Assembly (NCBI GenBank): GCA_965223295.1
Contig: CBDCWC010000002.1
Coordinates: 1,376,001 to 1,440,000, forward strand
Reading direction: 5' to 3'
Origin: Nitrospirales bacterium
GTDB lineage: Bacteria > Nitrospirota > Nitrospiria > Nitrospirales > UBA8639
Length of the DNA stretch: 64,000 nucleotides
The position numbers and the translations under genes are program-made. The number at the start of each line of letters is the position of its first letter. Positions within the stretch are counted from its first letter, which is position 1. Under the pieces are notes generated by a model. It searched no databases. It worked only from the letters and a program-made list of their open reading frames with translations, and was not told the origin of the DNA. Positions 49,889 through 60,161 of this stretch are shown here, piece by piece.

Positions 49889-50126
49889 GAAATCCTCCTT
49901 GCGTGATTAATGTATCAATCTATTCCGTTTATATATTCTTATCAGCTTTACCCATATGACATTTCATTCACTTCATCAACTTTCTTCGGATATGTTATCG
50001 GTCTTTTCTAAAGCAGGTCAAATGTTTTATGTAAGTGAAAATTACTAAAATTGAATCTCCTTCTCAAAATCGTCTATCTACACTTTCAAGATTTAAAACA
50101 AGAATCACTCCTACCACCGACACCTA

Positions 50127-50447
50127 TCAAGTGATCTTCACAGCCGTCCCACTGATACTCACCATCAACATACTTCCAGTTTCTCCCATCACTTCATAAT
50201 CCAGGTCGATCCCAACAATCGCATTGGCTCCGACTTCTAGGGCTTCTTCTTCGATTTCCCGAAACGCCACTTCTCGTGCGCGAGCCAATTCTTTTTCATA
50301 GGCACCTGATCGGCCACCGACGACGTCCCGAATCTTGGCAAAAAAGTCACGAAAAAAATTACTGCCAAGAACGGCTTCCCCGGTGACTACGCCTAGATAT
50401 TCTAGAATACGATGTCCTTCAATGTTGTGGGTTGTTGTGACAATCAT
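50127..50447 (-). CDS. YbjQ/UPF0145 family protein
   Basis: [42 protein letters not shown] 50447 with AAGGAGGTG RBS. Confidence 0.9.
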   Translation of the reverse strand: MIVTTTHNIEGHRILEYLGVVTGEAVLGSNFFRDFFAKIRDVVGGRSGAYEKELARAREVAFREIEEEALEVGANAIVGIDLDYEVMGETGSMLMVSISGTAVKIT

Positions 50448-50510
50448 ATTCACCTCCTTCTTGTATATCATTAAGTCATGACGGATATAGCTGTGGACGG
50501 TCAGGAAGAA

Positions 50511-50550
50511 TCTACCTCCCCTAGCCCCTCCTTACCAAGGAAAGGGGATT
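50511..50550. repeat. REP-like palindromic repeat (third copy)
   Basis: TCTACCTCCCCTAGCCCCTCCTTACCAAGGAAAGGGGATT closely matches 47081-47118. Confidence 0.6.
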
Positions 50551-50938
50551 TTTGAAAACATAGTCCAATATTTTTCCTGCGCTACATTCAACAAAACGTT
50601 TTATAATTAGTAAGTTCAATAGTACGTATATTTTCTTGGGCACCATTCTTACCCCCCAAGTTTAGTATGCCTCTTTTTTTCCTCTACCATGCTCAGGGAA
50701 TGAGCAAATTGCTAAACTAGCGGATTGGATTGAATGAGAGAGTTACATCGCCTATTTATCCACATCTTTATACCCATTTTCTCGGGAGAACGTTCGACTC
50801 TGATCAAGGATATCTGTATCGTAGATTAATCTTGTTGATGAGGGAATATTCATTTCAAAAACATCGTGTCTGACGGATTCCCAAGACCATTTGACTTCAT
50901 CGTATCTGCTCACTAAAATTTTTCCAAGGACTTTGTCT

Positions 50939-53900
50939 GTGCCTTCTGAATTCGTTCATCTCCATCTTCACACCCAATATAGCCTCTTAGATGGGGCCAA
51001 CCAACTTAACCCGCTCTTTCAACAAGTAAAAGCGTATGGAATGCCCGCCGTGGCCATGACTGACCACGGCAATCTATTTGGCGCCATAGATTTTTACCAA
51101 AAAGCTCAACATCACGGAGTCAAGCCTATTATTGGCTGCGAAGCATACATGGCTCCCGGCAGCCGCGCACAAAAATCTGGACACCTTGCCCATAACGAGT
51201 ACTATCATTTAATTCTGCTCGCGACGAATCAAGTTGGCTATCACAACCTCATGAAACTTTCCAGCCGGGCCTATCTGGAAGGGTTCTACTATAAGCCGCG
51301 TATGGATAAAGAATTGTTACAAGAACATCATGAAGGCCTGATTGCCCTTTCCGGATGTTTAAGTGGAGAAGTGCCTCAACTCATCGAGCAACATGACCTG
51401 GAGGGGGCCATGCGGGCCGCCGATGAATTTCGCTCAATCTTCGGCAAGGATCATTATTATTTAGAAGTGCAGGCCAATGGACTCGAGCAACAACAGATTG
51501 CCAATCGCGGCCTGATGGAGATTCATAAAAAACTCGGCATTCCATTGGTCGGCACCAATGACTGCCATTATCTCACCAAACGCGACGCCCGTCCCCATGA
51601 AGTCATGTTGTGTTTGCAAACGGGAAAAACCCTCAAAGATCCCAATCGGATGAAATTTGATACCGATCAATTATATGTGAAGTCGATGCAAGAAATGGTT
51701 GCCGAGTTTGCCGAGTTTCCTCGCGCCGTGTTGCACACCACACAAGTGGCCGAACAATGCAACCTTTCCCTTGAATTTGGCACCACCTATCTTCCCGACT
51801 ATCATGTGCCCGACGGCCAAACGCACAATTCTTACCTTCAACATCTCTCGGAAGAAGGTCTGCGGGAGCGCTTACGCGAACGCCCGACCTCCATCCCGTG
51901 GGAAGCCTACCAACATCGTCTACAAACCGAATTGTCGGTGTTAAACACCATGGGCTATGCCGGATACTTCCTCGTAGTCTGGGACATTATCAATTTTGCA
52001 CGTTCACGAAACATCCCTGTCGGCCCAGGGCGCGGGTCCGCCGCCGGAAGCCTGGTAGCCTATGCTCTTCGCATCACTGACTTAGATCCGCTTACCTATA
52101 ACTTGCTCTTCGAGCGGTTCTTGAATCCCGAACGAGTCACCATGCCGGATATTGATATGGATTTCTGTATGGACCGTCGAGGAGAAGTCATCAATTACGT
52201 TATTGAAAAATATGGCGAAGAGCACGTCTGCCAAATTATTACGTTCGGGACTCTTGGAGCCAAAGCCGCTATTCGCGATGTGGGCCGCGTGATGGATTTC
52301 CCCTATGCCGAGGTCGACAAAGTAGCCAAGCTGGTTCCCACACAACTCAATATCACGCTGAAGGACGCCCTCAAGCAGGAACCTCGGCTTCAGGAATTGG
52401 TCGATCAAGAAGCGGGGATGAAAGAGCTCATGGACACGGCGATGGCGTTGGAAGGCTTAGCCCGGCATGCCTCAACCCATGCCGCCGGAGTGGTCATTTC
52501 ACAAAAACCCCTCATGGAGCATGTTCCCTTATATAAGACGAGCAATGATGAAGTCGTCACACAGTACACCATGACCGATCTGGAGAAAGTCGGCTTAGTA
52601 AAGTTTGATTTCCTGGGCCTCAAAACGCTGACAATGATCCACGATGCCGTCCGGCTTGTCCATGCCTCACAATCTATGGACAACCAATTAGACATTCACA
52701 ATGTTCCACTCAATGACCCGGACACCTATGCTCTGCTCAGTTCCGGAAAAACCACCGGCATTTTTCAGTTGGAAAGTTCGGGCATGCGTAATTTGCTGGT
52801 AAAGATTAAACCCGAAACATTTGAAGACCTCATTGCGATTCTAGCCCTCTATCGGCCCGGCCCACTGGAAAGCGGCATGGTCGACGACTTCATCAAACGC
52901 AAACGAGATCCTTCCCAGATCGTGTACGAGCCCCCTGAAGTAGAACCCATCCTCCAAGAAACCTATGGCGTCATTGTCTATCAAGAACAGGTCATGGCCA
53001 TCACCAACCAACTGGCCGGATTTTCCTTAGGCCAAGCCGACTTGCTGCGCCGGGCCATGGGCAAGAAGAAACATGACGAAATGGCCAAGCAAAAAGCCTT
53101 GTTCATTTCAGGCTGTAAAGAAAAAAACCTATCCGAAAAACTCGCCGAAAAAATATTTGATCAAATGGCCTTTTTTGCAGGATACGGATTCAATAAGTCT
53201 CACTCCGCTGCGTATGCGCTGGTCACCTATCAAACCGCGTATCTGAAAGCACGTTATCCCACAGAATTCATGGCAGCCCTTCTCACGTCAGAAATGGGCA
53301 ACACTGACAAAATGGTCGGCTATTTCACGGAATGCCGCGAACTCGGCTTAAAAATCTTACCCCCAGACGCCAATCAGAGCTTAAAAAACTTTAGTGTTGT
53401 GCCAGAAGGCATACGTTTTGGCATGGCGGCCATTAAAAATGTTGGCGAAAGCGCCGTTGATATAATCCTGGAAGCCCGTGAGCAGGAAGGAAATTTTTCC
53501 TCCTTCGTGGACTTTTGTTGCCGGCTTGATTCCCAAAAGGTCAACAAACGTGTACTGGAAGGACTCATTAAAGTTGGCGCCTTCGATTCCATGGGCACTT
53601 CTCGCGCTGGTTTATTTGACGTCTTAGACCAAACCCTGGAACATGCCTCAACGGTTCAGCGCAATAAACGTGAAGGCCAAACCAGCCTTTTTGATCTTCC
53701 GGCAGAAGAGACTTCGAAGGAATCAACTGAAAGTTTTGGTTTTGCGATTCCACAAAAACCCGAATGGTCCCAAAATCAATTACTCCAGTATGAACGCGAA
53801 CTGACCGGGTTTTACATTACCGACCATCCTCTCAATCGGCATCGCATGGCTATTGCCCATTTTTCGACTTGCTCCACACAAGGTCTTCGAGACATCAAGG

Positions 53901-54403
53901 AAGAACGGGAGATCAAACTTTGCGGCGTCATTTCCAGCATCAAAGTGACTACCACAAAGAAAGGGAACCGGATGGCGTACGCGCAATTAGAAGACCTTCA
54001 GGGTACGGTGGAAGCCATTATTTTTCCCGAAACCTTTAAAAACCATGAATCTATGCTTGCACCAGATTCCGTTATTCGCCTGACCGGAACAGTAGATATA
54101 ATGGATAACGGTGCTAGAATAAAGGCCACACGGATTGAACTGTTACCACAATTAGAATCGGAAACCGTGCAGCACGTCACGCTCAAAATTCAAGAAGAAG
54201 ACGTCCTGCCCCATAATCTGGTAGACTTGAAACAGATCTTTGAACGATATCCAGGGCCAACGCCCATTACCTTAGCGTTTCATTTGCAATCAAACGTCAC
54301 AGCGAACCTCCCCCAATTACCCAATGTCGGCATTTCTCCAACACCGGAATTTTTAGAAGAAGTGGAACATCTTTTGGGAGCATCCACCGTCGCCTTCCAC
54401 TAA
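50939..54403 (+). CDS. dnaE: DNA polymerase III alpha subunit
   Basis: FVHLHLHTQYSLLDG PHP domain, GPGRGSAAGS, MPDIDMDF, KFDFLGL, YGFNKSH, OB fold; probable GTG start 50939 (ORF track 50891). Confidence 0.97.
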   Translation: MPSEFVHLHLHTQYSLLDGANQLNPLFQQVKAYGMPAVAMTDHGNLFGAIDFYQKAQHHGVKPIIGCEAYMAPGSRAQKSGHLAHNEYYHLILLATNQVGYHNLMKLSSRAYLEGFYYKPRMDKELLQEHHEGLIALSGCLSGEVPQLIEQHDLEGAMRAADEFRSIFGKDHYYLEVQANGLEQQQIANRGLMEIHKKLGIPLVGTNDCHYLTKRDARPHEVMLCLQTGKTLKDPNRMKFDTDQLYVKSMQEMVAEFAEFPRAVLHTTQVAEQCNLSLEFGTTYLPDYHVPDGQTHNSYLQHLSEEGLRERLRERPTSIPWEAYQHRLQTELSVLNTMGYAGYFLVVWDIINFARSRNIPVGPGRGSAAGSLVAYALRITDLDPLTYNLLFERFLNPERVTMPDIDMDFCMDRRGEVINYVIEKYGEEHVCQIITFGTLGAKAAIRDVGRVMDFPYAEVDKVAKLVPTQLNITLKDALKQEPRLQELVDQEAGMKELMDTAMALEGLARHASTHAAGVVISQKPLMEHVPLYKTSNDEVVTQYTMTDLEKVGLVKFDFLGLKTLTMIHDAVRLVHASQSMDNQLDIHNVPLNDPDTYALLSSGKTTGIFQLESSGMRNLLVKIKPETFEDLIAILALYRPGPLESGMVDDFIKRKRDPSQIVYEPPEVEPILQETYGVIVYQEQVMAITNQLAGFSLGQADLLRRAMGKKKHDEMAKQKALFISGCKEKNLSEKLAEKIFDQMAFFAGYGFNKSHSAAYALVTYQTAYLKARYPTEFMAALLTSEMGNTDKMVGYFTECRELGLKILPPDANQSLKNFSVVPEGIRFGMAAIKNVGESAVDIILEAREQEGNFSSFVDFCCRLDSQKVNKRVLEGLIKVGAFDSMGTSRAGLFDVLDQTLEHASTVQRNKREGQTSLFDLPAEETSKESTESFGFAIPQKPEWSQNQLLQYERELTGFYITDHPLNRHRMAIAHFSTCSTQGLRDIKEEREIKLCGVISSIKVTTTKKGNRMAYAQLEDLQGTVEAIIFPETFKNHESMLAPDSVIRLTGTVDIMDNGARIKATRIELLPQLESETVQHVTLKIQEEDVLPHNLVDLKQIFERYPGPTPITLAFHLQSNVTANLPQLPNVGISPTPEFLEEVEHLLGASTVAFH

Positions 54404-54427
54404 TCCTCTTGGCCAAGGAGCCTGCCC

Positions 54428-55417
54428 GTGCGTGAATATTTAGATTTCGAAAAACCGCTTAAAGATCTCGAAAGCCGCATTGCCAAATTGGTGAAGTCGA
54501 AATCCAAGAAAAATTCCGTGCAGGAGGCCATTGAGAAAAGCAGCAAACAGTTAGCCAAAATGGAGGAAGAGCTGTTTGCCAATCTCTCTCCCTGGCAGCT
54601 AAGCCAGATTGCCCGGCACCCACAACGCCCCTCTATCTCTGATTATCTGGAACAGTTCACAGAAAACCTTATCGAACTCCATGGGGATCGTCTGTATGGC
54701 GAAGATCGGGCGATTATGGGAGGATTTGCGACCTGGAAAGACCGGTCTATCATGGTAATTGGCCATGAAAAAGGAAAATCCCTTAAAGAGCGCATGCGTC
54801 GAAATTTCGGGATGGCCAAACCTGAAGGCTATCGAAAAGCCTTACGTCTCATGAAACTTGCCGAAAAATTTCAGCGTCCTATTCTGACCTTCATCGATAC
54901 ACCGGGGGCTTATCCAGGAGTCGACGCTGAGCAACGGGGACAAGCCGAAGCCATTGCCCGCAATTTATTAGAAATGGTCAAGCTGCAAGTACCGATTATT
55001 GCTGTGGTTACGGGAGAAGGTGGCAGCGGTGGCGCCTTAGCCTTAGGCGTAGCAGACCGAGTGCTGATGTTAGAACATTCAATCTATTCTGTTATTTCGC
55101 CGGAAGGCTGTGCCGCGATTTTATGGGGTGATGGCGCCAAGGCCTCAACGGCAGCCTCGGCCTTGCAAATGACTGCGCCTGAGTTGCTTAAACTTAATAT
55201 CATTGATGATATCATTCCTGAGCCTCTTGGCGGAGCTCATCGCAATATATCACTGACCGCAAAGCATATTTCGACAACACTCGACTCACATTTTCTGGAA
55301 CTTCAAAAGCTCCAGCTTCCAACGTTATTAAAACAGCGGGAAGAAAAATTTAGGCATTTAGGAGCCTTCATTTCCTTAGAAAGCGGCGCCAAGCAGGTCA
55401 AAACTGCTAATTCCTGA
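54428..55417 (+). CDS. accA: Acetyl-CoA carboxylase carboxyltransferase alpha subunit
   Basis: YLDFEKP, ARHPQRP, ELHGDR, PEGYRKALRLM, FIDTPGAYPG, GEGGSGGALA; conserved dnaE-accA order. Confidence 0.96.
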   Translation: MREYLDFEKPLKDLESRIAKLVKSKSKKNSVQEAIEKSSKQLAKMEEELFANLSPWQLSQIARHPQRPSISDYLEQFTENLIELHGDRLYGEDRAIMGGFATWKDRSIMVIGHEKGKSLKERMRRNFGMAKPEGYRKALRLMKLAEKFQRPILTFIDTPGAYPGVDAEQRGQAEAIARNLLEMVKLQVPIIAVVTGEGGSGGALALGVADRVLMLEHSIYSVISPEGCAAILWGDGAKASTAASALQMTAPELLKLNIIDDIIPEPLGGAHRNISLTAKHISTTLDSHFLELQKLQLPTLLKQREEKFRHLGAFISLESGAKQVKTANS

Positions 55418-55643
55418 ACAACCACAACTTCAACATGTCATTTCACAAAAAAATGGCAACAGAAAAAATCATTTCAACGATTAAAGGACCCTTCCCCAAG
55501 ATAGGACGATGACTTCCTGGCTCATTCTCCGGTTATTTTTTTAACCCTGACAACCGAAAAAAAGAAGTAGGTGTGCTCTAGCAACGTTCTATGTTCGATA
55601 GAACAAGACCGTGTGCATCATTGCAAGGAAAAGATTCAGAAAC

Positions 55644-56054
55644 TTAAGAGGAAGGAGAGGACGAGGAAGAAGACTCTACATCGTCAGGAGGTGGATAGAG
55701 TTTATGAATACGTTCCACTAATGGGACCACCTCAGGAGTCGATTCTCGAGAAGGCTCGCTCGGCGCATGCTCCCAAGTTAATTCCAAGAACCCATGTTCC
55801 TCAAATGTTTGTCGAATGCTGCTGACTAAGGCTTCTAACAAGACCTCATCGCCTAACATAAGATTCAACACCCGTTCTTCTTTCTTAACCGGTGCCGGTC
55901 CTTCATGCAACAACGCCCAGCAACGATTAAACACCGTCTCTCTCACTGACTGCGGAGCATTTATGGAATCCAGGTCCGATGTACACAATGCCGCCACCGT
56001 CAACACAAACTGGAGATCCGGCAATTCGGATCGCTGAAGATCTAACCGTTGCAT
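55644..56054 (-). CDS. Hypothetical protein
   Basis: Open frame filling the gap between accA and the metallophosphoesterase; start uncertain (56054 ATG or 56090 TTG). Confidence 0.55.
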   Translation of the reverse strand: MQRLDLQRSELPDLQFVLTVAALCTSDLDSINAPQSVRETVFNRCWALLHEGPAPVKKEERVLNLMLGDEVLLEALVSSIRQTFEEHGFLELTWEHAPSEPSRESTPEVVPLVERIHKLYPPPDDVESSSSSSPSS

Positions 56055-56095
56055 AACCCTATCGTACCCCTGAAGCAAGAATTCTGACAAGTCTT

Positions 56096-57163
56096 ATGCA
56101 GCCAGATCTGGAACAAGAAGCTTTAGCAAAATTAGTTGAACGAATTGGCTCTGCCCATGCCGGCAAACGACTAGAAACACAAGCCCATTATTCCGCGCTC
56201 TTATTGGGTGGCCATCATATCCATGTACACATGGAAGAGTTCCCGGCCGTTGCCTGGCTGCTCAAAACAACATTAAAAGCCACAGGTCTCTGGCCCATCG
56301 CCGTTAGAAACTCCACGAACTATCGAATCGTTGAACATGATGTTCCTCTTTCCCACCTCCCTGACGCCTTTGATGGGTTTCGTATCTTGCATCTCTCAGA
56401 CCTGCATATTGAAGGCATGATTGATAAAGGACAGGCTCTCCAAGCGTTACTCGCAACCTTACAGTACGATCTATGCGTACTGACCGGCGACTTCCGATTC
56501 AAAACCTATGGGTCCTATGACAAAACCGTAACGCTCATGAAGGAATTGGTCAGCACGATTCAAGCTCCTTTCGGAGTCACAGGCATTCTAGGCAATCATG
56601 ATTGGCTGGAAATGACTCCAGGGCTTGAAGCTGCAGGCATTCGCATGTTGCTGAATGAAACGCAGGCCATCGAAAAAGGCTCAGATGCCATTTGGCTACT
56701 AGGGCTTGATGATATGCATTACTACGAAACCGGTGATCTGGACAAAGCAGTCAGTGCTGCACCAACAGACGTTGTCCGCATTCTCCTGGTCCATTCTCCA
56801 GAAATTATCCCCGAAGCCTTCGCGGCAGGCATGGACCTCTATCTCTGTGGCCATTCGCACGGTGGACAGATCTGCCTTCCTGGTGGCAAACCCATCATCA
56901 CCCATTGCCGTTGCGCCCGATCCTATAAGGCTGGCCCCTGGCAGCACAAAACCATGCGCGGCTATACCTCACGCGGTGTTGGCACCTCCCTCTTCCCCAT
57001 CCGCCTCTTTTGCCCCCCAGAAATCATCATCCACATCCTTAAGAAAACACCCGCAGACCTAGAGCCAGAAGCAATATCCACTCATATCCCCTTAAAGAAA
57101 AAATCATCGTTCAAACTCCATCAAGAATGCCCCGCTCCTACATCATCTTCTTTACCATCATAG
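56096..57163 (+). CDS. Calcineurin-like metallophosphoesterase
   Basis: HLSDLH, LTGDF, LGNHD, LVHSP, LCGHSHGGQ, SRGVG. Confidence 0.9.
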   Translation: MQPDLEQEALAKLVERIGSAHAGKRLETQAHYSALLLGGHHIHVHMEEFPAVAWLLKTTLKATGLWPIAVRNSTNYRIVEHDVPLSHLPDAFDGFRILHLSDLHIEGMIDKGQALQALLATLQYDLCVLTGDFRFKTYGSYDKTVTLMKELVSTIQAPFGVTGILGNHDWLEMTPGLEAAGIRMLLNETQAIEKGSDAIWLLGLDDMHYYETGDLDKAVSAAPTDVVRILLVHSPEIIPEAFAAGMDLYLCGHSHGGQICLPGGKPIITHCRCARSYKAGPWQHKTMRGYTSRGVGTSLFPIRLFCPPEIIIHILKKTPADLEPEAISTHIPLKKKSSFKLHQECPAPTSSSLPS

Positions 57164-57315
57164 CCAGGCGCCTTTTCCTTTCATCATGTGAGGTCTAAGT
57201 TCTCACGTCACTGCTCCATACCTTGTAGATGAAACAACGAGATGACTCGTCACGCTGAATTTTTCCGCGTGGTTTAAGAAGTCTTAAGTTCTGAGAATGA
57301 GAGCAGATTTGTCTA

Positions 57316-57801
57316 CTAGCCAACAAGCCAGGGATAGGCATAGATGGATAAGCCAAACCAACCGCTGGATATAAGCATAGCTCCAACGCCTACAGGCAGG
57401 CATTGCGCTATACTTAGTCCTGGTTCTAAGACAGACTGTTTGGGATTTTGAGGATTGTACGCCACGCTCACGGTACTCCCTTCTGGATAATGCGCAGCGG
57501 TCAAGAGAGCTTGCGACTCCGACTCTAGATCATTGCCAAAGCAGCGCTGATCATTGGAGTATTCTTTTTCATTCACAACATACTGATAGATTACATTGGC
57601 AAAAAATGAATGCTGTTTTCCTAAGCTGATGGATCCTCCGGCACCGTGACAATCAATCGTCGTGTGACAAACTGTTCCTTGTGTGGCCGCCCAGGACCGA
57701 CTAGCCCATGCGAGTCGAATATGGACCCAAGCCTTCATGATCACAGCTAGCCCCAATCCAACTAGAACTGCAAATCCCACGATCATCATTGTCATAGCCA
57801 T
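57316..57801 (-). CDS. DUF3592-like membrane protein
   Basis: TM, SRSWAATQGTV, YQYVVNEKEY, YPEGSTVSVAYNPQNPKQSVL, TM; probable ATG 57801 after AAGGAG (ORF track 57909). Confidence 0.7.
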   Translation of the reverse strand: MAMTMMIVGFAVLVGLGLAVIMKAWVHIRLAWASRSWAATQGTVCHTTIDCHGAGGSISLGKQHSFFANVIYQYVVNEKEYSNDQRCFGNDLESESQALLTAAHYPEGSTVSVAYNPQNPKQSVLEPGLSIAQCLPVGVGAMLISSGWFGLSIYAYPWLVG

Positions 57802-57974
57802 GACTCCTTCTCTTAAGGCTGTAGCAAGCCTGGAGGGGTTCCGACAACTGTCCTGTTTTATAGTATCGTGAGATTGCATGACTTCCTTTACACGTACATA
57901 ACACCTCACACGTTTTGAGGAGAGGAACCAACACGAACCAGTACGAATACGCAGGAACGCCTGAAAGAGGCGAA

Positions 57975-58778
57975 CTAGTCAGCGGGAGGGGAAGCCGTCA
58001 AAAATGCCACCACAACTAAGGTACCGTTATATGCGCTATGTAAGGCAATGCTGGGGGCCAGACATCCTGTACGAATTCGTATTAAGACCGTCAGTCCACC
58101 TATAAGCGCCACCGCTGCTAAGGCCGGCCAGTATTCCAACACTTTGGGCATGTGCACGACAATGAAGAGAGCAGTGGTGACCATTCCACCTAGTAGTGGC
58201 CCCCAGGATTGCGACAGGCCCGTAAATAAGAAACCACGAAAACACACTTCTTCCACGACCGGAAACAACCCTATAAACATGACGACCCATCCAATTTGTA
58301 AGAAAAGCGGAGCGCGCCTCATGGCTTCAAATATGGGTTGGGGGAGATCATCTGGAGGGATAAACCCATACTCGGTCAGCACAAAAAATCCCAGGCCTAA
58401 ACCCACTCCACACATCACAAATAGGAGTAAAGACCAACTGGGATAGGACTTTCCAAGAAACTGCCAAAACCAGTCCATGTCCATAGATGGCTTAGCGCGA
58501 CTGGCTGCAACCTGCCAGGACACCATGGCAGCGGCAATCGTGCCGAGAAACAAGGACAGAGGAAGAATCCAGATTTGGTCGACATCCGATATCCCATTCA
58601 CCCCCGTGGACAGCCCCGCATTCAACCCCACAATGATTTGCACCATGGAAATTCCCACGGCCTGAGTGAGATAAAAACACACAACAACTACAAACGCGGA
58701 CCAGGCTCCCCACGAAGGGGCTTGATCAATAGTTTGTTGGGTATCAGCGTCAGGAGAAGAAAGGACCGAAGAAGCCAT
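57975..58778 (-). CDS. CPBP-family (Abi/CAAX-like) intramembrane glutamic protease
   Basis: PVVEEVCFRG, FIVVH, IALHSAYN. Confidence 0.88.
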   Translation of the reverse strand: MASSVLSSPDADTQQTIDQAPSWGAWSAFVVVVCFYLTQAVGISMVQIIVGLNAGLSTGVNGISDVDQIWILPLSLFLGTIAAAMVSWQVAASRAKPSMDMDWFWQFLGKSYPSWSLLLFVMCGVGLGLGFFVLTEYGFIPPDDLPQPIFEAMRRAPLFLQIGWVVMFIGLFPVVEEVCFRGFLFTGLSQSWGPLLGGMVTTALFIVVHMPKVLEYWPALAAVALIGGLTVLIRIRTGCLAPSIALHSAYNGTLVVVAFLTASPPAD

Positions 58779-58840
58779 ACCTTACTGTCGGGTCCTGACT
58801 CAATTTCTTGATGACTGGGTGTAGATTGCAGAGGCGAGTA

Positions 58841-59740
58841 TTAAGGAGAGAGGGAGAATACCAGCGCATCCAGAGCCTTGAGATTAGGGAACACTGTAAT
58901 CCCTAGTTCAGAAAAAATCGTGGCATGCAGTTGAGCACATTGACCTCCAACACCCACCGGAGCCACCGGAACGATCCGGGTGGCCAGTTCCTGCGAGAAG
59001 GTTCTTACTTCAGGGACTGTGCGCTGATTGGTCAGAGAAAGCAGAACATAACGCGGCTTGATTTGCTGGCAATATTTTTCAAGGTCTACCGTCGACAAAT
59101 TTGCACCCAGATAATCAACCGAACAGCCTCGCGCAGAACAGAGATACGCCACGGTCATCGCTGAAATTTCATGCCATTCATCCGCAGGACAAGCTACGAC
59201 TAACTTGATCTTTGCCTTGCCATTTCGGAATTGATTCATCGCAGAAAAAATTTTTTGCTTCACGTGATTGGAGGCAAAATGCTCTTGTCCCGTGCTTAAC
59301 ACACCATCGTGCCATAACTCACCTACCTTCTCCTGTAGAGGCAAGACAAACCTTAGAAGAGCCTCCTCGAAAGGAATCACCGCCAACGCTCCATTCAGCT
59401 GTCGTTCAAACCCAGCCATATCGTTGGCCTGAAGAGCTTGCGTCAGTTCTAACACCAGGCCCTCGGACGGGGGCGTTTCTTGTGGGACATTCAAAACAGC
59501 CCGGTGTGCCCGCACAAGTAATTCCTCACGCCCAATATCTGCTAATTCTCCAATAGCTACCCCTTGATCAACTTGGGATTTCAAATATCGAAACAATTGG
59601 ACATCTTCATCTGAATACAACCGGTACCGATTGGCACTCCGAGTCGGATTGACGAGTCCATATCTCCGTTCCCACGCTCGAATCACATGCGTACTGAGGC
59701 CTGTAAGCTTTGAGAATCGATGAATTCTGTATGTCTGCAT
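58841..59740 (-). CDS. MerR-family regulator with cobalamin-binding domain (CarH/LitR-like)
   Basis: MerR HTH (IRAWERRYGLVNPTR..RYRLYS); W-x9-EH motif (WHDGVLSTGQEH); ExH motif (DEWHEIS); YLGAN. Confidence 0.85.
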   Translation of the reverse strand: MQTYRIHRFSKLTGLSTHVIRAWERRYGLVNPTRSANRYRLYSDEDVQLFRYLKSQVDQGVAIGELADIGREELLVRAHRAVLNVPQETPPSEGLVLELTQALQANDMAGFERQLNGALAVIPFEEALLRFVLPLQEKVGELWHDGVLSTGQEHFASNHVKQKIFSAMNQFRNGKAKIKLVVACPADEWHEISAMTVAYLCSARGCSVDYLGANLSTVDLEKYCQQIKPRYVLLSLTNQRTVPEVRTFSQELATRIVPVAPVGVGGQCAQLHATIFSELGITVFPNLKALDALVFSLSP

Positions 59741-59794
59741 TAGGTGAATATACCAATATGTATAATATTTATCAAAACATTTATCAATAAACTA

Positions 59795-59853
59795 TTGACA
59801 AACATTATACATATAGATATAACAACAAACAGACATTAGACAAACATAATACA
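59795..59853 (+). promoter_or_regulatory. Sigma70 promoter overlapped by CarH-like operator repeats
   Basis: TTGACA(59795)-N17-TATAAC(59818); TnnACA-type units 11 bp apart: TTGACA/TATACA (59795, 59806) and TAGACA/AATACA (59837, 59848). Confidence 0.65.
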
Positions 59854-59895
59854 AAAAATAAACTGCTCAAGAACTTGTCGATAGAAAGGCCTTTT

Positions 59896-60144
59896 ATGGA
59901 ACTAAAAGATTCACCTACTGCCCTCTTCTCCCCCAGCCTTTCTCGTGATCTTCAGAATGGCTCTTCGATGAATTGCTCTCGATGTCGAGGCTGCCTTGTT
60001 GCCACCTTCTGCGTCTCACCCGATGAAGGGATTGCAGATTTTCAGAGTTCTATTTGGAGGTGTCTGCAATGTGGCGATCTTCTTGATCAAACGATCTTAG
60101 AAAACCGCCGTCGTTCGAAAACTTATCAACTCACTCACCATTAA
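59896..60144 (+). CDS. Small CxxC..CxxC (zinc-ribbon-like) protein
   Basis: MNCSRCRGCL...WRCLQCGDLLD..ILENR; ATG 59896 after AGAAAGG (alternative ATG 59968). Confidence 0.65.
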   Translation: MELKDSPTALFSPSLSRDLQNGSSMNCSRCRGCLVATFCVSPDEGIADFQSSIWRCLQCGDLLDQTILENRRRSKTYQLTHH

Positions 60145-60161
60145 AAAGGAGAACGTTTATC

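Noticed and set aside
50051-50067. Possible Fur box upstream of bfr (TTGAATCTCCTTCTCAA)
   Set aside because: Only a partial match to the 7-1-7 consensus in an AT-rich region; not distinguishable from chance without a PWM
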